A DNA stretch of 64,000 nt from a virus: the IMG/VR virus record IMGVR_UViG_3300008107_000012, one strand, 5' to 3'. The notes under the pieces were generated by a model. That model was given only the letters and a program-made list of their open reading frames with translations. It made no database searches and was not told where the DNA came from. Positions 20,051 through 30,777 of the stretch are shown here, in pieces. The translations under genes were made by a program, and so were the position numbers. Numbering within the stretch: the first letter of the stretch is position 1; the number at the start of each line of letters is the position of its first letter.

Positions 20051-20477
20051 TCTAGATAAAATTCAAGAGATGTGGGAAAAAGATTCTAATATAGACATTG
20101 ACAATCTTCACACAGAATCTTTGAATATACCCATTCTTCATGCCAAGTATTTTGATTTATATAACACTATTTTTCTCCTAAGAAAAAAAGCAGAGCAGCA
20201 AAAAAGAAATATTAGACACGAAAGGTATGAATATTATTCAGGAAAAGCAGATCCTGATGTATATGTAGAAAATCCATTTCCTAAAAAAATTAGAGATAAA
20301 GATACGATGCAAAAGTACCTTGATGCCGATGAAAAACTTTCCACAGTTTGTTTAAAAATAGACTACTACGATACAATGTTAGTTTATATTGAGAGTATTC
20401 TTAAGATGATTCAGAATAGAACTTATCAGATTAAGAATTCAATTGAATTTATGCGATTTAATGCTGGATTAGGGTAA
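20040..20477 (+). CDS. uvsY: recombination mediator UvsY
   Basis: W..DS.ID...L..ESL.IP.LH.KY, YY.GKA, R..QIKN.IEF; probable start ATG 20040. Confidence 0.9.
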   Translation: MDISLDKIQEMWEKDSNIDIDNLHTESLNIPILHAKYFDLYNTIFLLRKKAEQQKRNIRHERYEYYSGKADPDVYVENPFPKKIRDKDTMQKYLDADEKLSTVCLKIDYYDTMLVYIESILKMIQNRTYQIKNSIEFMRFNAGLG

Positions 20478-20492
20478 ATAAATACTCATAGC

Positions 20493-21977
20493 ATGATGAA
20501 TGTTATGAGTGACGTAATTATTGAAAAGAAAAATGAAGTCTTCGTAAAACTTCATTGCGAGCCACATATCCTTTACGAACTTCAACCATATTTTACATTT
20601 GAGGTTGAGTCTGCGAAATTCATGTCCCAGTATAGAAGCAGACACTGGGATGGAAAGATCAGACTCTTAAGCACTCATACTGGAGAGATTTACGTCGGAC
20701 TACTTGATAAAGTAATCGACAAACTTTCTCTGCATAATTATACTTACGAATTTAGAGAAAATAAATTCTACGGGCAACCATATGAGATCAATGAAACCAT
20801 CTCATATGAAGGGGTCAAGGATTATATGAGCTCCATATGTTCTCATTCTCCCAGACAATACCAAATTGAGGGAGTATATGATGCTCTAAGACACAACCGA
20901 AAACTGCTGATATCACCAACTGCCTCAGGCAAATCTCTGATGATTTATTCAATAGTGAGATATTATGTAGATAAAGGGCAAAAAATTCTTTTAGTTGTTC
21001 CGACGACATCGCTAGTAGAGCAGATGTATAAGGATTTTCAGGATTATGGTTGGGATGCTGACTCATACTGCCACCGAATCTATTCTGGTAGAGAAAAAAC
21101 AAACGAACATCCCGTCACAATTACAACTTGGCAATCTGTCTATAAATTAGAACGTTCATTCTTTGAAGATTATGGTGTGATTATAGGTGATGAAGCTCAT
21201 TTATTCAAGAGTAAGTCACTTGTAGAAATCATGACAAAACTTCACCATGCAAAGTATCGTTTTGGATTTACTGGAACTCTGGATGGAACTCAGACACATA
21301 AGTGGGTTTTGGAAGGATTGTTTGGCCCATCTTATAAAGTTACAAAGACTGATGAACTGATGCGTCAAGGACATCTTTCTCAGTTGGATATTCAGTGTAT
21401 TGTTCTGAAACATCCTCCTCAGAAATTTGAGAAGTATGAAGATGAGATTCAATATCTAATTTCACATGAACAAAGAAATAAGTTCATTACAAATCTTTCC
21501 TTAGATTTAAAGGGAAATACTCTTGTACTGTTTTCCAGAGTAGAAGCACACGGAGCAATACTCTACGAAAAGATAAATAATATTAAGCGAAATGACCGTA
21601 AAGTATTTTTCATTCATGGTGGTGTGGATACTGAAGAGAGAGAATTAGTTAGAGAAATAACAGAAAGGGAAACTAATGCAATCATCGTTGCTTCTTACGG
21701 CACTTTTTCTACTGGTATTAACATTAGAAATCTACATAATGTCATCTTTGCTTCCCCTAGTAAATCAAGAATCCGAAACCTCCAATCAATCGGACGAGTA
21801 CTGAGAAAGGGAAAAAATAAAACAAAAGCAGTCCTTTATGATATTGCTGATGATTGCACATACAATTCAAGAAAAAATTATACACTCAATCACCTCATAG
21901 AAAGAATCAAAATCTATAATGAAGAAAACTTTAACTATGAAATAATCACTATACAACTTAAGAAAAATGGGAATTGA
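20493..21977 (+). CDS. uvsW: UvsW SF2 helicase
   Basis: SPTASGKS, DEAH, GFTGT, QSIGRVLR. Confidence 0.96.
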   Translation: MMNVMSDVIIEKKNEVFVKLHCEPHILYELQPYFTFEVESAKFMSQYRSRHWDGKIRLLSTHTGEIYVGLLDKVIDKLSLHNYTYEFRENKFYGQPYEINETISYEGVKDYMSSICSHSPRQYQIEGVYDALRHNRKLLISPTASGKSLMIYSIVRYYVDKGQKILLVVPTTSLVEQMYKDFQDYGWDADSYCHRIYSGREKTNEHPVTITTWQSVYKLERSFFEDYGVIIGDEAHLFKSKSLVEIMTKLHHAKYRFGFTGTLDGTQTHKWVLEGLFGPSYKVTKTDELMRQGHLSQLDIQCIVLKHPPQKFEKYEDEIQYLISHEQRNKFITNLSLDLKGNTLVLFSRVEAHGAILYEKINNIKRNDRKVFFIHGGVDTEERELVREITERETNAIIVASYGTFSTGINIRNLHNVIFASPSKSRIRNLQSIGRVLRKGKNKTKAVLYDIADDCTYNSRKNYTLNHLIERIKIYNEENFNYEIITIQLKKNGN

Positions 21978-22362
21978 AGAAGACTTTTATGCAACAGTAA
22001 AATTAAAAACTGGTGAAGAAATCTTTGCTAAAGTTGCAGCTTCTGAGGAGGAAGATAGGACAATATTAATTATTTCAAATCCAATCACTATAGGGGAACT
22101 TAAGGGAAGAAATGGAATAGTAGGATATAAAATAGAACCTTGGTTAAAAACAACCACAGAAGACATGTTTATCCTTAACTTAGATGATGTTTTAACTATG
22201 TCAGAATCTTCGGATATAGAAATGATAATGATGTATCAAAATTATATTAGACAATCATCCAAAGATAGAAACAATCATTCCCAGATTAATCGTAGAATGG
22301 GATATATTGCAAATGTTAATGATGCTAAAGAAATACTAGAGAAACTTTATAAGAATAGTTAG
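21967..22362 (+). CDS. conserved hypothetical protein (Sm-like fold suspected)
   Basis: KL.TGEEI.A motif; syntenic between uvsW and gp55. Confidence 0.65.
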   Translation: MGIEEDFYATVKLKTGEEIFAKVAASEEEDRTILIISNPITIGELKGRNGIVGYKIEPWLKTTTEDMFILNLDDVLTMSESSDIEMIMMYQNYIRQSSKDRNNHSQINRRMGYIANVNDAKEILEKLYKNS

Positions 22363-22467
22363 TACTAATCTTTTCAACCTCGACAAAGGTTATTGTACAG
22401 ACTTTGAGGTAGGTTGTCAAGTATTTATCGTAGTGTTATAATACCTACATATTAATGATAAAAACTA

Positions 22468-22962
22468 ATGATAAGCACCGCAGTCATGACCAAAAGAAAG
22501 AGGTCAGAGCATTACGTCAATAACAAAGAGTTTCTCGCTGCTCTCATTAAGTATCGTGAGGACATTGAAATTGCACAACTTCAAGATAAACCAAAACCAC
22601 CCATTCCTAGATACATTGGTGAGTGTTTTTTGAAGATCGCAAATCATCTCTCCTTTAAACCAAACTTCGTAAACTATATGTTTAAGGAAGATATGATTTC
22701 TGATGGAATTGAAAACTGCGTTCAGTACATTCATAATTTCAATCCCGAAAAGTCACAAAACCCATTTGCATACTTTACTCAAATCATTCATTATGCCTTT
22801 CTTCGTCGTATTCAAAGAGAAAAACGTCAATTAGAAATTAAAAATAAAATTCTTGAACGTTCTGGTTATTCAGAAGTATTTGAGGACAACTCTATTGACG
22901 GAAGTAACTATAGTGACTACAATTCTATCAAAGATAATATTCACTCTAAACTTAGATACTGA
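22468..22962 (+). CDS. gp55: late-transcription sigma factor gp55
   Basis: HYVNNKEF, F.NY...EDMI.DGIENC, NPFAYFTQI..AF.RRI..EK. Confidence 0.96.
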   Translation: MISTAVMTKRKRSEHYVNNKEFLAALIKYREDIEIAQLQDKPKPPIPRYIGECFLKIANHLSFKPNFVNYMFKEDMISDGIENCVQYIHNFNPEKSQNPFAYFTQIIHYAFLRRIQREKRQLEIKNKILERSGYSEVFEDNSIDGSNYSDYNSIKDNIHSKLRY

Positions 22963-23996
22963 TGCGTATTGCTTTGATTAACGACACACACTATGGTGCT
23001 CGTAAAGGTTCTAAATTATTTCATGATTACTTTGAACTCTTTTATAAGAATGTATTCTTCCCGACGCTGGAACAGTACGGGATTACAACAGTCATTCATA
23101 TGGGAGATGCTTTTGATAGTCGTAAATCAATCGATTATCAAAGCTTAGAGTGGGCAAAGAGAGTTGTATTTGATCCTCTTTCTAAGTATGAAGTTCATAT
23201 GATTATTGGTAATCATGATTCTTATTATAAAAATACCAATAATACCAATTCACCTCAACTTCTTCTTAAAGATTATCCAAACGTAAAAACATACTCCATT
23301 CCAACAGAAATTAATATAGAAAATCTTGATATATTACTTCTTCCTTGGATTTGTGCGGACAATCAAGATCAATCTTTGAAGATAATTCAAAAGACTAAAA
23401 CAAAAGTTGCTATGGGTCATTTGGAACTTCATGGATTTAGAGTAAATCGAAATATAATTATGGAGCACGGATTAGATTCGAAAATTTTTAATAAATTTGA
23501 TAAAGTATTTTCTGGACATTATCATACTCGTTCTAATAGGGGAAATGTATTTTATCCCGGAAATCCTTATGAAATTTATTGGACTGATGTAGAAGATACT
23601 CGTGGATTTACTATATTTGATACTCAAACTTTAGAACATCAATTTATTGATAATCCTTATAGAATGTTTTATAACATTTATTATGAAGATATTGATTATA
23701 AAACTTTTAATACTAAAGAATATGAGAATAAAATTGTAAAAGTAATTGTACGTAAAAAAACGGACACTAAACAGTTTGAAAAATTTATTGATAAATTATA
23801 CTCTTCTGGTATTGCAGAACTTAGTATCGTTGAAAACTTTCAAATTCAAGAAGCAACTGAATTTGAAGATTTTGAATCAGAAGATACACTTTCGATCTTG
23901 AATAGATATATTGAGGAGGCAGAAGTAAATCTTGACAAATTCGTAGTTCAAAGAATACTTCAGGAAGTTTATCAAGAAGCATGTGAATTAGTTTGA
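22962..23996 (+). CDS. gp47: recombination endonuclease subunit gp47 (Mre11/SbcD-like)
   Basis: DTHYG, GD.FD.R, GNHD, GH.E, SGHYH. Confidence 0.95.
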   Translation: MRIALINDTHYGARKGSKLFHDYFELFYKNVFFPTLEQYGITTVIHMGDAFDSRKSIDYQSLEWAKRVVFDPLSKYEVHMIIGNHDSYYKNTNNTNSPQLLLKDYPNVKTYSIPTEINIENLDILLLPWICADNQDQSLKIIQKTKTKVAMGHLELHGFRVNRNIIMEHGLDSKIFNKFDKVFSGHYHTRSNRGNVFYPGNPYEIYWTDVEDTRGFTIFDTQTLEHQFIDNPYRMFYNIYYEDIDYKTFNTKEYENKIVKVIVRKKTDTKQFEKFIDKLYSSGIAELSIVENFQIQEATEFEDFESEDTLSILNRYIEEAEVNLDKFVVQRILQEVYQEACELV

Positions 23997-24271
23997 TGTT
24001 TATTCTAACAATTAACGGCAGAGAAAAAGAAGGTGCATACTCCGTTATGAATGATGAAGGAGAACATATCCTTTATTTGTTCCAAGAGGAGGATGATGCA
24101 ACAAGATATGCTATGATGTTAGAAGATGATGGATATCCAGAAATGCACGTAATTGAGATTGAAGATGAAGTAATGATAAAGACTTGTGAACTTCACGATT
24201 ATCAATATACATTAATTACTCCCGATGACATTGTTATTCCTCCAAGTAATGTGACTCATGATTTTATTTAA
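23996..24271 (+). CDS. conserved acidic hypothetical protein
   Basis: F.EEDDA.RYA..L; between gp47 and gp46. Confidence 0.65.
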   Translation: MFILTINGREKEGAYSVMNDEGEHILYLFQEEDDATRYAMMLEDDGYPEMHVIEIEDEVMIKTCELHDYQYTLITPDDIVIPPSNVTHDFI

Positions 24272-25970
24272 AACTATTCGTTGGAAAAATTTTCTTTCTA
24301 CGGGAAACCAATTTACTGAAGTAGATTTTACAAAAAACTCAACGAATCTTATTATTGGGTCTAATGGTGCAGGAAAAAGTACAGTTCTCGATGCACTAAC
24401 TTTTTCTTTGTTCGGAAAACCATTTCGTAAAATTAATAAACCTCAACTAATCAATTCAGTAAACGATAGAGACTGTAGAGTTGAGGTTGAGTTTGATATT
24501 GGAAGTGCTTCTTGGAAAGTTGTTAGAGGTATCAAACCCAATATCTTTGAGATCTATCGTGATGGTTCACTCTTAGACCAATCTTCTGCTGCTTTGGATC
24601 AACAAAAGTGGATGGAACAAAATGTTCTTAAAATGAACTATAAGTCATTCACTCAGATTGTGATTCTGGGTTCAAGTACTTTTGTTCCTTTTATGCAACT
24701 TTCTGCTGCACATCGTCGAGAAGTGATTGAGGACTTGCTTGACATTAAAATCTTCTCTTCCATGAATACTGTAATTAAAGAAAAGATTCGTGCAGTTAAA
24801 GAAGAAATCAAAACTCTTGAACTGAAGAAAGAATCTCTTAACGATAAAGTTAAGATGCAGAAAGAGTTTATTGAAGAACTTGAGAATCGCGGAAAGGATA
24901 ATATTAATAATAATAATCGGAAAATTTCCGATTTAATGTCTGAAGTTGAACTTTATATGAAAGAAAACTCTCTGACTGAAGAGAAAGTATTTAAGTACAC
25001 TAAGGAACAGGAATATGTGACTGGTGCTTCCGATAAACTTCGTAAACTTGGAAACCTAAAAGGTAAAATCTCTCAGAAAGTATCTACGATTACAAAAGAG
25101 CATAAATTTTTTACTGAGAATACGGTTTGTCCTACTTGCACTCAAGAGATTGATGAGACCTTTAGAATAAATAGAATTACAGACGCTCAAAATAAAGCAA
25201 AAGAGTTGCAATCTGGTTATAAAGAACTGGAGGAGGCAATTAAAGAAGAAGAAGAGCGAGAGCGTCAATTCCTTGCTCTCTCTAAGGAGATTACAAAACT
25301 CACAAATGAAATTTCTCAAAATAATATTAAGATCAATGGATGTCAACGACAAATCCGAGATCTTGAATCGGAAGTTCAAACTATTACCACTCAACTTGAA
25401 AACAGAAATTCTGAACATGAGAAGTTAGAAAATTTCAGAAACAATCTCCAAACTACATACGAAGAACTAGCCTCTAAAAAGGATTCAGTTAACTACTACG
25501 ATTTCACTTATAGTTTGCTTAAGGACGGGGGAGTAAAAACTAAAATCATCAAGAAGTACCTACCGCTGATAAATCAGCAAGTAAACCGTTATCTTCAGAT
25601 GATGGATTTCTACATTAACTTTACACTTGATGAGGAGTTTAACGAAACCGTCCAATCACCTATTCACGAAGATTTCTCTTATGCATCTTTTAGTGAGGGT
25701 GAGAAAATGAGGATTGACCTTGCACTCCTTTTCACTTGGAGAGAAGTTGCAAGGTTTAAAAACTCAGTCAATACAAACCTTCTGATTATGGATGAGGTGT
25801 TTGATAGTTCACTTGATGGATTTGGTACAGAAGAGTTTCTCAAAATCATTCGTTATGTGATTAAGGATGCTAATATATTCGTCATCTCTCATAAGACTGG
25901 TTTAGAGGATAAATTTGAAAGTGTCATAAAGTTTGAGAAAGTCAAAGGTTTTTCTCGTATGGTGTTCTGA
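24258..25970 (+). CDS. gp46: recombination ATPase gp46 (Rad50/SbcC-like)
   Basis: G.NGAGKST, zinc hook CPTC, FSEGEK, MDEVFDSSLD, ISH. Confidence 0.96.
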   Translation: MILFKTIRWKNFLSTGNQFTEVDFTKNSTNLIIGSNGAGKSTVLDALTFSLFGKPFRKINKPQLINSVNDRDCRVEVEFDIGSASWKVVRGIKPNIFEIYRDGSLLDQSSAALDQQKWMEQNVLKMNYKSFTQIVILGSSTFVPFMQLSAAHRREVIEDLLDIKIFSSMNTVIKEKIRAVKEEIKTLELKKESLNDKVKMQKEFIEELENRGKDNINNNNRKISDLMSEVELYMKENSLTEEKVFKYTKEQEYVTGASDKLRKLGNLKGKISQKVSTITKEHKFFTENTVCPTCTQEIDETFRINRITDAQNKAKELQSGYKELEEAIKEEEERERQFLALSKEITKLTNEISQNNIKINGCQRQIRDLESEVQTITTQLENRNSEHEKLENFRNNLQTTYEELASKKDSVNYYDFTYSLLKDGGVKTKIIKKYLPLINQQVNRYLQMMDFYINFTLDEEFNETVQSPIHEDFSYASFSEGEKMRIDLALLFTWREVARFKNSVNTNLLIMDEVFDSSLDGFGTEEFLKIIRYVIKDANIFVISHKTGLEDKFESVIKFEKVKGFSRMVF

Positions 25971-25982
25971 TTTACTAAAAAA

Positions 25983-26204
25983 ATGCAAGTCCCAAACTGG
26001 AAGCATCATTCCAAAAAAGAACAAAAACGAAAACTTAAACCACAAGCATTACGGCAAGCAAAAGAACGATTGAAACAATTTAAAAAGCGTCACATAGGTC
26101 GTCCAAAAGACGACCTTTTGTTTTATGATTCATTCATACGAAACAAAACCGATGCCTGTTCGACACGAAATCAAATCCCAACTTGCGAAACTGCTTGCCA
26201 CTGA
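25983..26204 (+). CDS. small basic hypothetical protein
   Basis: PNW.HHSKK..KR.LKPQALRQ; the 3' part runs through a terminator hairpin at about 26096-26120. Confidence 0.55.
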   Translation: MQVPNWKHHSKKEQKRKLKPQALRQAKERLKQFKKRHIGRPKDDLLFYDSFIRNKTDACSTRNQIPTCETACH

Positions 26205-28344
26205 GGACCTGGTTGTTGAGCATAAGAAAGTAGAGACTGCTTGCTTCAACGTTCATACTCGTGTTCTTACTCTTCCTCTGTGGGAGAAGGCTAGCGGGAC
26301 CGTCTACGACCTTCTGGTGGGTCACGAAGTGGGTCACGCACTCTTCACTCCCGATGAAGACTGGACAAAGACTGTCAAAGTCCCCCCACAGTTTGTGAAT
26401 GTGGTGGAAGATGCCCGTATTGAAAAATTGATGAAACGTAAGTATGCTGGTCTTGCTAAAACGTTCTTCAATGGTTATAAAGAACTGAATGAAGAGGATT
26501 TCTTTCAACTAGAAGACGAAGATATTTCTACCTTTAATCTTGCAGATAAAGCAAATCTTTACTATAAAATTGGCAATTTTCTTCCTCTGGATTTCACTCC
26601 AGAAGAGAAAGAGATTGTTGACCTGATTGGTTCTACTGAATCTTTTGCAGATGTTCTAATTGCTGCTGAAGAACTTTATAAGTATTGTAAGAAAGGGCAA
26701 GAGCAACAGCAAAAAGTTGCTGATTTTGATTCTCACGAAACTCAAGATTCTTCTAAATCTCCTAATGGAGAAGATGTAGAAATGGAGCAACCTCAAGATG
26801 AAGAGGAAGGACAATCTAATGAGTCAGAATCTACTCAAAGTGAATCTGTAGAAAATAGTGATGGAAATGCTCAAAATGAGCAAAATACTATTGCACCTTC
26901 CAACACTCAAGAAGAACCTGAAGTTCGTACTGTAGATTCTCTGGAGGATAAACTTCGCAATCTTGTGAATCGAGATGGTGCTGATAATGTTTATGTGGAG
27001 ATTCCTAAAGTAAATCTTGACACCATTATTGCTAAAAATTCTGAGATTCACGAAGACATTGACAAGTGCTTTAATCTCCAACAAAAGACTATTGATGGTA
27101 TTAATTCTTCAAACAATAAATCTTCAATGAATCTATTTGAAAAAGTAGATTTTGAATTTCAGAAGTTCAAACTGTCTGCACAAAAAGAAGTCAACTATCT
27201 TGTGAAAGAGTTTGAGTGCCGTAAAGCAGCAGATGCTTATTCCCGTGCTTCTACTGCCCGTACAGGTGTTCTTGATACTGGTCGTCTTCATTCTTATAAG
27301 TTTAGTGAAGACATTTTCAAGAAAGTAACTGTTCTTCCTGATGGTAAAAATCACGGTCTGATTTTTATTCTAGACTGGAGTGGTTCTATGCAGAATGTCC
27401 TTCTGGATACTTGCAAGCAACTCTTCAACCTTATTTGGTTCTGTAAGAAAGTCTCCATTCCTTTTGAAGTTTATGCTTTCACAAATGAATGGAACCGTCC
27501 TTACTATGACCCTACTGTGGGTGATTATAAAGCAGCAGATAGGGTTTCTCACTATGAGAAAAAAGAAGGGGTTCTTGTGATTGATGAATCTTTCTCTCTA
27601 ATGAATCTTCTTACCAGTAAAGTTTCTGGTAATAAACTAGAGCATCAGATGAAGAACATTTGGAGGATTGCAGCATATTTTGATAATGTGTATCGTATTC
27701 CTTACACTGTCTCCCCACGTTTGTCTCTTTCTGGAACTCCTTTGAATGAGTCTCTGGTCTGTCTTCACCAGATTATTCCCCAATTCCAAAGTCAAAATAA
27801 ACTACAGAAAGTTCAGTGTATTGTTCTGACTGATGGTGAAGCACCTCCTCTTCCTCATCACGTTGAAGTCAAACGTCACTGGGAAAAAGAACCTTATATG
27901 GGTGTTCGTCACGTTAATCCTGAGACTTCTTTTCTTCGTGATAGGAAAACTGGAATGACTTATAAGTTTAATTATAACTACAATGGATACACTGATACTC
28001 TTTTGAAGAATCTGAAGGACAAGTTTCCTTCTGTTAATCTGATTGGTATTCGTGTTCTTGCTAATCGTGATGCAAACCGATTCATTCAACTTTATCATTC
28101 TTGGAAGGATAAGAAGTATGATGTAATCCAGAGTGACTGGAAAAAGAACAAAAGTTTCACCATTACCAATTCTGGTTATGATGCTTACTTTGGTATTTCT
28201 TCCTCTGCTTTGTCTCAAGATTCTAACTTTGCGGTTTCTGATGATGCCACAAAAGCACAAATCAAAACTGCTTTTGTGAAATCTCTAAAGACTAAAAAAC
28301 TAAATAAAAAAGTTCTTGGTGAGTTTATTCAATTGGTTGCTTGA
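26152..28344 (+). CDS. CobT-like protein: N-terminal HExxH metallopeptidase-like domain, acidic linker, C-terminal VWA domain
   Basis: HEVGH, N..ED.RIE, MIDAS LDWSGSM, TP and TDG; adjacent to an AAA+ gene. Confidence 0.85.
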   Translation: MPVRHEIKSQLAKLLATEDLVVEHKKVETACFNVHTRVLTLPLWEKASGTVYDLLVGHEVGHALFTPDEDWTKTVKVPPQFVNVVEDARIEKLMKRKYAGLAKTFFNGYKELNEEDFFQLEDEDISTFNLADKANLYYKIGNFLPLDFTPEEKEIVDLIGSTESFADVLIAAEELYKYCKKGQEQQQKVADFDSHETQDSSKSPNGEDVEMEQPQDEEEGQSNESESTQSESVENSDGNAQNEQNTIAPSNTQEEPEVRTVDSLEDKLRNLVNRDGADNVYVEIPKVNLDTIIAKNSEIHEDIDKCFNLQQKTIDGINSSNNKSSMNLFEKVDFEFQKFKLSAQKEVNYLVKEFECRKAADAYSRASTARTGVLDTGRLHSYKFSEDIFKKVTVLPDGKNHGLIFILDWSGSMQNVLLDTCKQLFNLIWFCKKVSIPFEVYAFTNEWNRPYYDPTVGDYKAADRVSHYEKKEGVLVIDESFSLMNLLTSKVSGNKLEHQMKNIWRIAAYFDNVYRIPYTVSPRLSLSGTPLNESLVCLHQIIPQFQSQNKLQKVQCIVLTDGEAPPLPHHVEVKRHWEKEPYMGVRHVNPETSFLRDRKTGMTYKFNYNYNGYTDTLLKNLKDKFPSVNLIGIRVLANRDANRFIQLYHSWKDKKYDVIQSDWKKNKSFTITNSGYDAYFGISSSALSQDSNFAVSDDATKAQIKTAFVKSLKTKKLNKKVLGEFIQLVA

Positions 28345-28348
28345 TATT

Positions 28349-28534
28349 ATGAAAACAAAATTTCCCTACGAACACGTTATTAACTACGAAACCAAAGAAG
28401 TTTGGATTTCCTGCAACAGTGCCACTACTGCTTTAGGTATTCCTGCACTTATGAAAAAATATTATCCTGGATATATTGGTCGTATTGGTAGTAAAGAGTA
28501 TCTTGACACTCTTCGAAACCAGTTGGCACACTGA
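28349..28534 (+). CDS. hypothetical protein
   Basis: MKTKFPYEHV...; 61 aa. Confidence 0.5.
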   Translation: MKTKFPYEHVINYETKEVWISCNSATTALGIPALMKKYYPGYIGRIGSKEYLDTLRNQLAH

Positions 28535-28597
28535 CCACTGAGGGGTCATTGAGACCTCTTTTTGCCTTATAATTACTTCAGTTAAACAAACCACATT

Positions 28598-29716
28598 ATG
28601 TCCCGCATTGAAATGACCGACGACCAAATTCTCAACGACCTTAAATCTACATTTGGTAAAGAATTTACTGCTGCAGATGTTCGTGGATACTGCGCTTCTA
28701 AAAACATCTCTTATCAAACGGTCACAAAACGACTGGAGGATTTTAAAGTCGGTCGTGGTAAGTGGAATCTTGAAGTGACTCAAAAGAAAGTGGAGGAAAT
28801 CGAACGTTCTTTCAATAACGTTGCTGTTCTTCCTGAAGTTCATCAAAACCTTATTCCTGATAAAGATGATACCTTCGTCAAGTTTGGTAACTTTAACGAT
28901 ATTAAAAAGATTATTCAGTCCCGTCTTTTCTATCCTACGTTCATTACGGGTCTTTCGGGTAATGGTAAAACGTTCTCTGTGGAGCAAGCTTGTGCTCAAC
29001 TGAAACGTGAATTGATTCGTGTCAACATCACGATTGAGACTGACGAGGATGACCTAATTGGTGGTTTCCGTCTTGTGAATGGTGAGACTGCTTGGCACAA
29101 CGGTCCTGTGATTGAAGCACTTGAGCGTGGTGCAATTCTTCTTCTGGATGAGATTGACCTTGCTTCTAACAAAATCCTGTGCCTGCAATCTGTTCTGGAA
29201 GGTAAAGGTGTCTTCCTGAAGAAGATTGGTAAGTTCGTCAAACCTGCTGCTGGGTTCAATGTGATTGCCACGGCAAACACTAAGGGAAAGGGTAGTGATG
29301 ACGGTCGTTTCATCGGTACTAATGTCCTTAATGAAGCATTCCTGGAACGTTTCCCTGTGACCCTTGAGCAGTCCTATCCTGCCCCTACCACTGAGCAACG
29401 TATTCTTGAGGGGGTTGCTCTGGACCTTGGAGTAGAGGACCGTGACTTCTGCAAACGTCTGGTGGATTGGGGTGATATTATCCGCAAGACCTTCTATGAT
29501 GGTGGTATTGAGGAAATCATCAGCACCCGTCGTCTGGTTCATATCATCCGTGCCTACAGCATCTTCCAAGACAAGGCAAAGGCAATTCAAGTGTGCGTGA
29601 ATCGTTTTGATGACGAAACCAAGCAAGCATTCCTTGAACTCTATGATAAGGTTGATGCTGATTTCCAGATGCCTGTTCAAAACGAACTTAACGTTGACGA
29701 AAAGCAAGCAAACTGA
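28598..29716 (+). CDS. cobS: CobS/MoxR-like AAA+ ATPase
   Basis: GLSGNGKT, ETDEDDLIGG, LLLDEID, ATANTKG.G, NEAFLERF. Confidence 0.9.
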   Translation: MSRIEMTDDQILNDLKSTFGKEFTAADVRGYCASKNISYQTVTKRLEDFKVGRGKWNLEVTQKKVEEIERSFNNVAVLPEVHQNLIPDKDDTFVKFGNFNDIKKIIQSRLFYPTFITGLSGNGKTFSVEQACAQLKRELIRVNITIETDEDDLIGGFRLVNGETAWHNGPVIEALERGAILLLDEIDLASNKILCLQSVLEGKGVFLKKIGKFVKPAAGFNVIATANTKGKGSDDGRFIGTNVLNEAFLERFPVTLEQSYPAPTTEQRILEGVALDLGVEDRDFCKRLVDWGDIIRKTFYDGGIEEIISTRRLVHIIRAYSIFQDKAKAIQVCVNRFDDETKQAFLELYDKVDADFQMPVQNELNVDEKQAN

Positions 29717-29753
29717 TAGAATATGAGGAGGTAAAAAGTGCCTCCTCTTTTTA

Positions 29754-30106
29754 TGACTGAATCAACTTTTACTATTACTATGAGTGAAACAACAAATCAT
29801 CTTTGGAAATATAACGAAGATAAAATCCTAAAAGATATTCAAGACTATGTGACTAGCACCTATGGAAGTCACTATTGTGGGCATCAGCAAGAATATCAAA
29901 ATGTCCAGACTATTGATTTGATGGCAGCAAAAGAACTTGCATCTGCTTTCTGTCAAGCAAACATCATTAAATATGGTTCTCGTTATGGTGATAAGGATGG
30001 TCGTAGCAAACGTGATTTGATGAAGGTCATTCACTATGCTATGCTACTTCTTCATTTTGATGGGCATTACAATCGTCAAGAAAATGGTCTCTCTGAATTT
30101 CGTTGA
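29754..30106 (+). CDS. conserved hypothetical protein (DUF3310-like)
   Basis: TY..HY, F...N..KY..RYG.K.G....D..K..HY. Confidence 0.7.
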
Positions 30107-30111
30107 ATATT

Positions 30112-30777
30112 ATGAAACTTTCTGATAAAACTCTTTCGGTTCTCAAGAACTTCTCTGGCATTAATCAATCCATTCTGTTTAAGGAAGGAAATAAACTTCG
30201 CACAATCAGTGTGATGAAAAACATTCTTGCTGAAGCAACGATTACTGAAGAGTTTCCCCGTGACTTTGGTATCTATGACCTGAACCAGTTTCTGAATGGT
30301 CTTGGTCTTCACAAAGCACCTGAACTAGACTTTGGGAATGATGGTTATGTCGTCATTCGTGAAGGTAAAATGCGGTCCAAGTATTTCTTCGCAGACCCTA
30401 GTGTGATTGTTACTCCTCCAGACAAAGCAATCAATCTTCCCAGCGAAGATGTCTGTTTTGAACTCTCTACGGAGCAAATGGATAAACTTCTGAAAGCAGC
30501 AGCAGTTTATCAACTTCCTGACATTTCTGCTGTTGGTGAAGCAGGTGTTGTGAAACTGGTTGTTCGTGACAAGAAGAACGATACTTCCAACGATTTCTCT
30601 ATCGTTGTTGGTGAGACTGATAGTGAGTTTGTATTTAACTTTAAGGTAGAGAACATCAAGATTCTTCCTGGCACTTATGAGGTGGTTGTGTCGCAAAAAC
30701 TTTTGTCACGGTTCCAATCTAAGAACCACGACCTGTGCTATTATATTGCTCTGGAACCTGATTCAACATTCGGATGA
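30112..30777 (+). CDS. gp45: sliding clamp gp45
   Basis: MKLS..T...LKNFS.IN.SI, FGIYDL..FL, Y.IALE.DS. Confidence 0.95.
   Translation: MKLSDKTLSVLKNFSGINQSILFKEGNKLRTISVMKNILAEATITEEFPRDFGIYDLNQFLNGLGLHKAPELDFGNDGYVVIREGKMRSKYFFADPSVIVTPPDKAINLPSEDVCFELSTEQMDKLLKAAAVYQLPDISAVGEAGVVKLVVRDKKNDTSNDFSIVVGETDSEFVFNFKVENIKILPGTYEVVVSQKLLSRFQSKNHDLCYYIALEPDSTFG

Noticed and set aside
29054-29707. Long antisense ORFs, e.g. 217 aa opposite cobS
   Set aside because: Expected by-product of codon bias; no RBS, promoter or recognisable domain.
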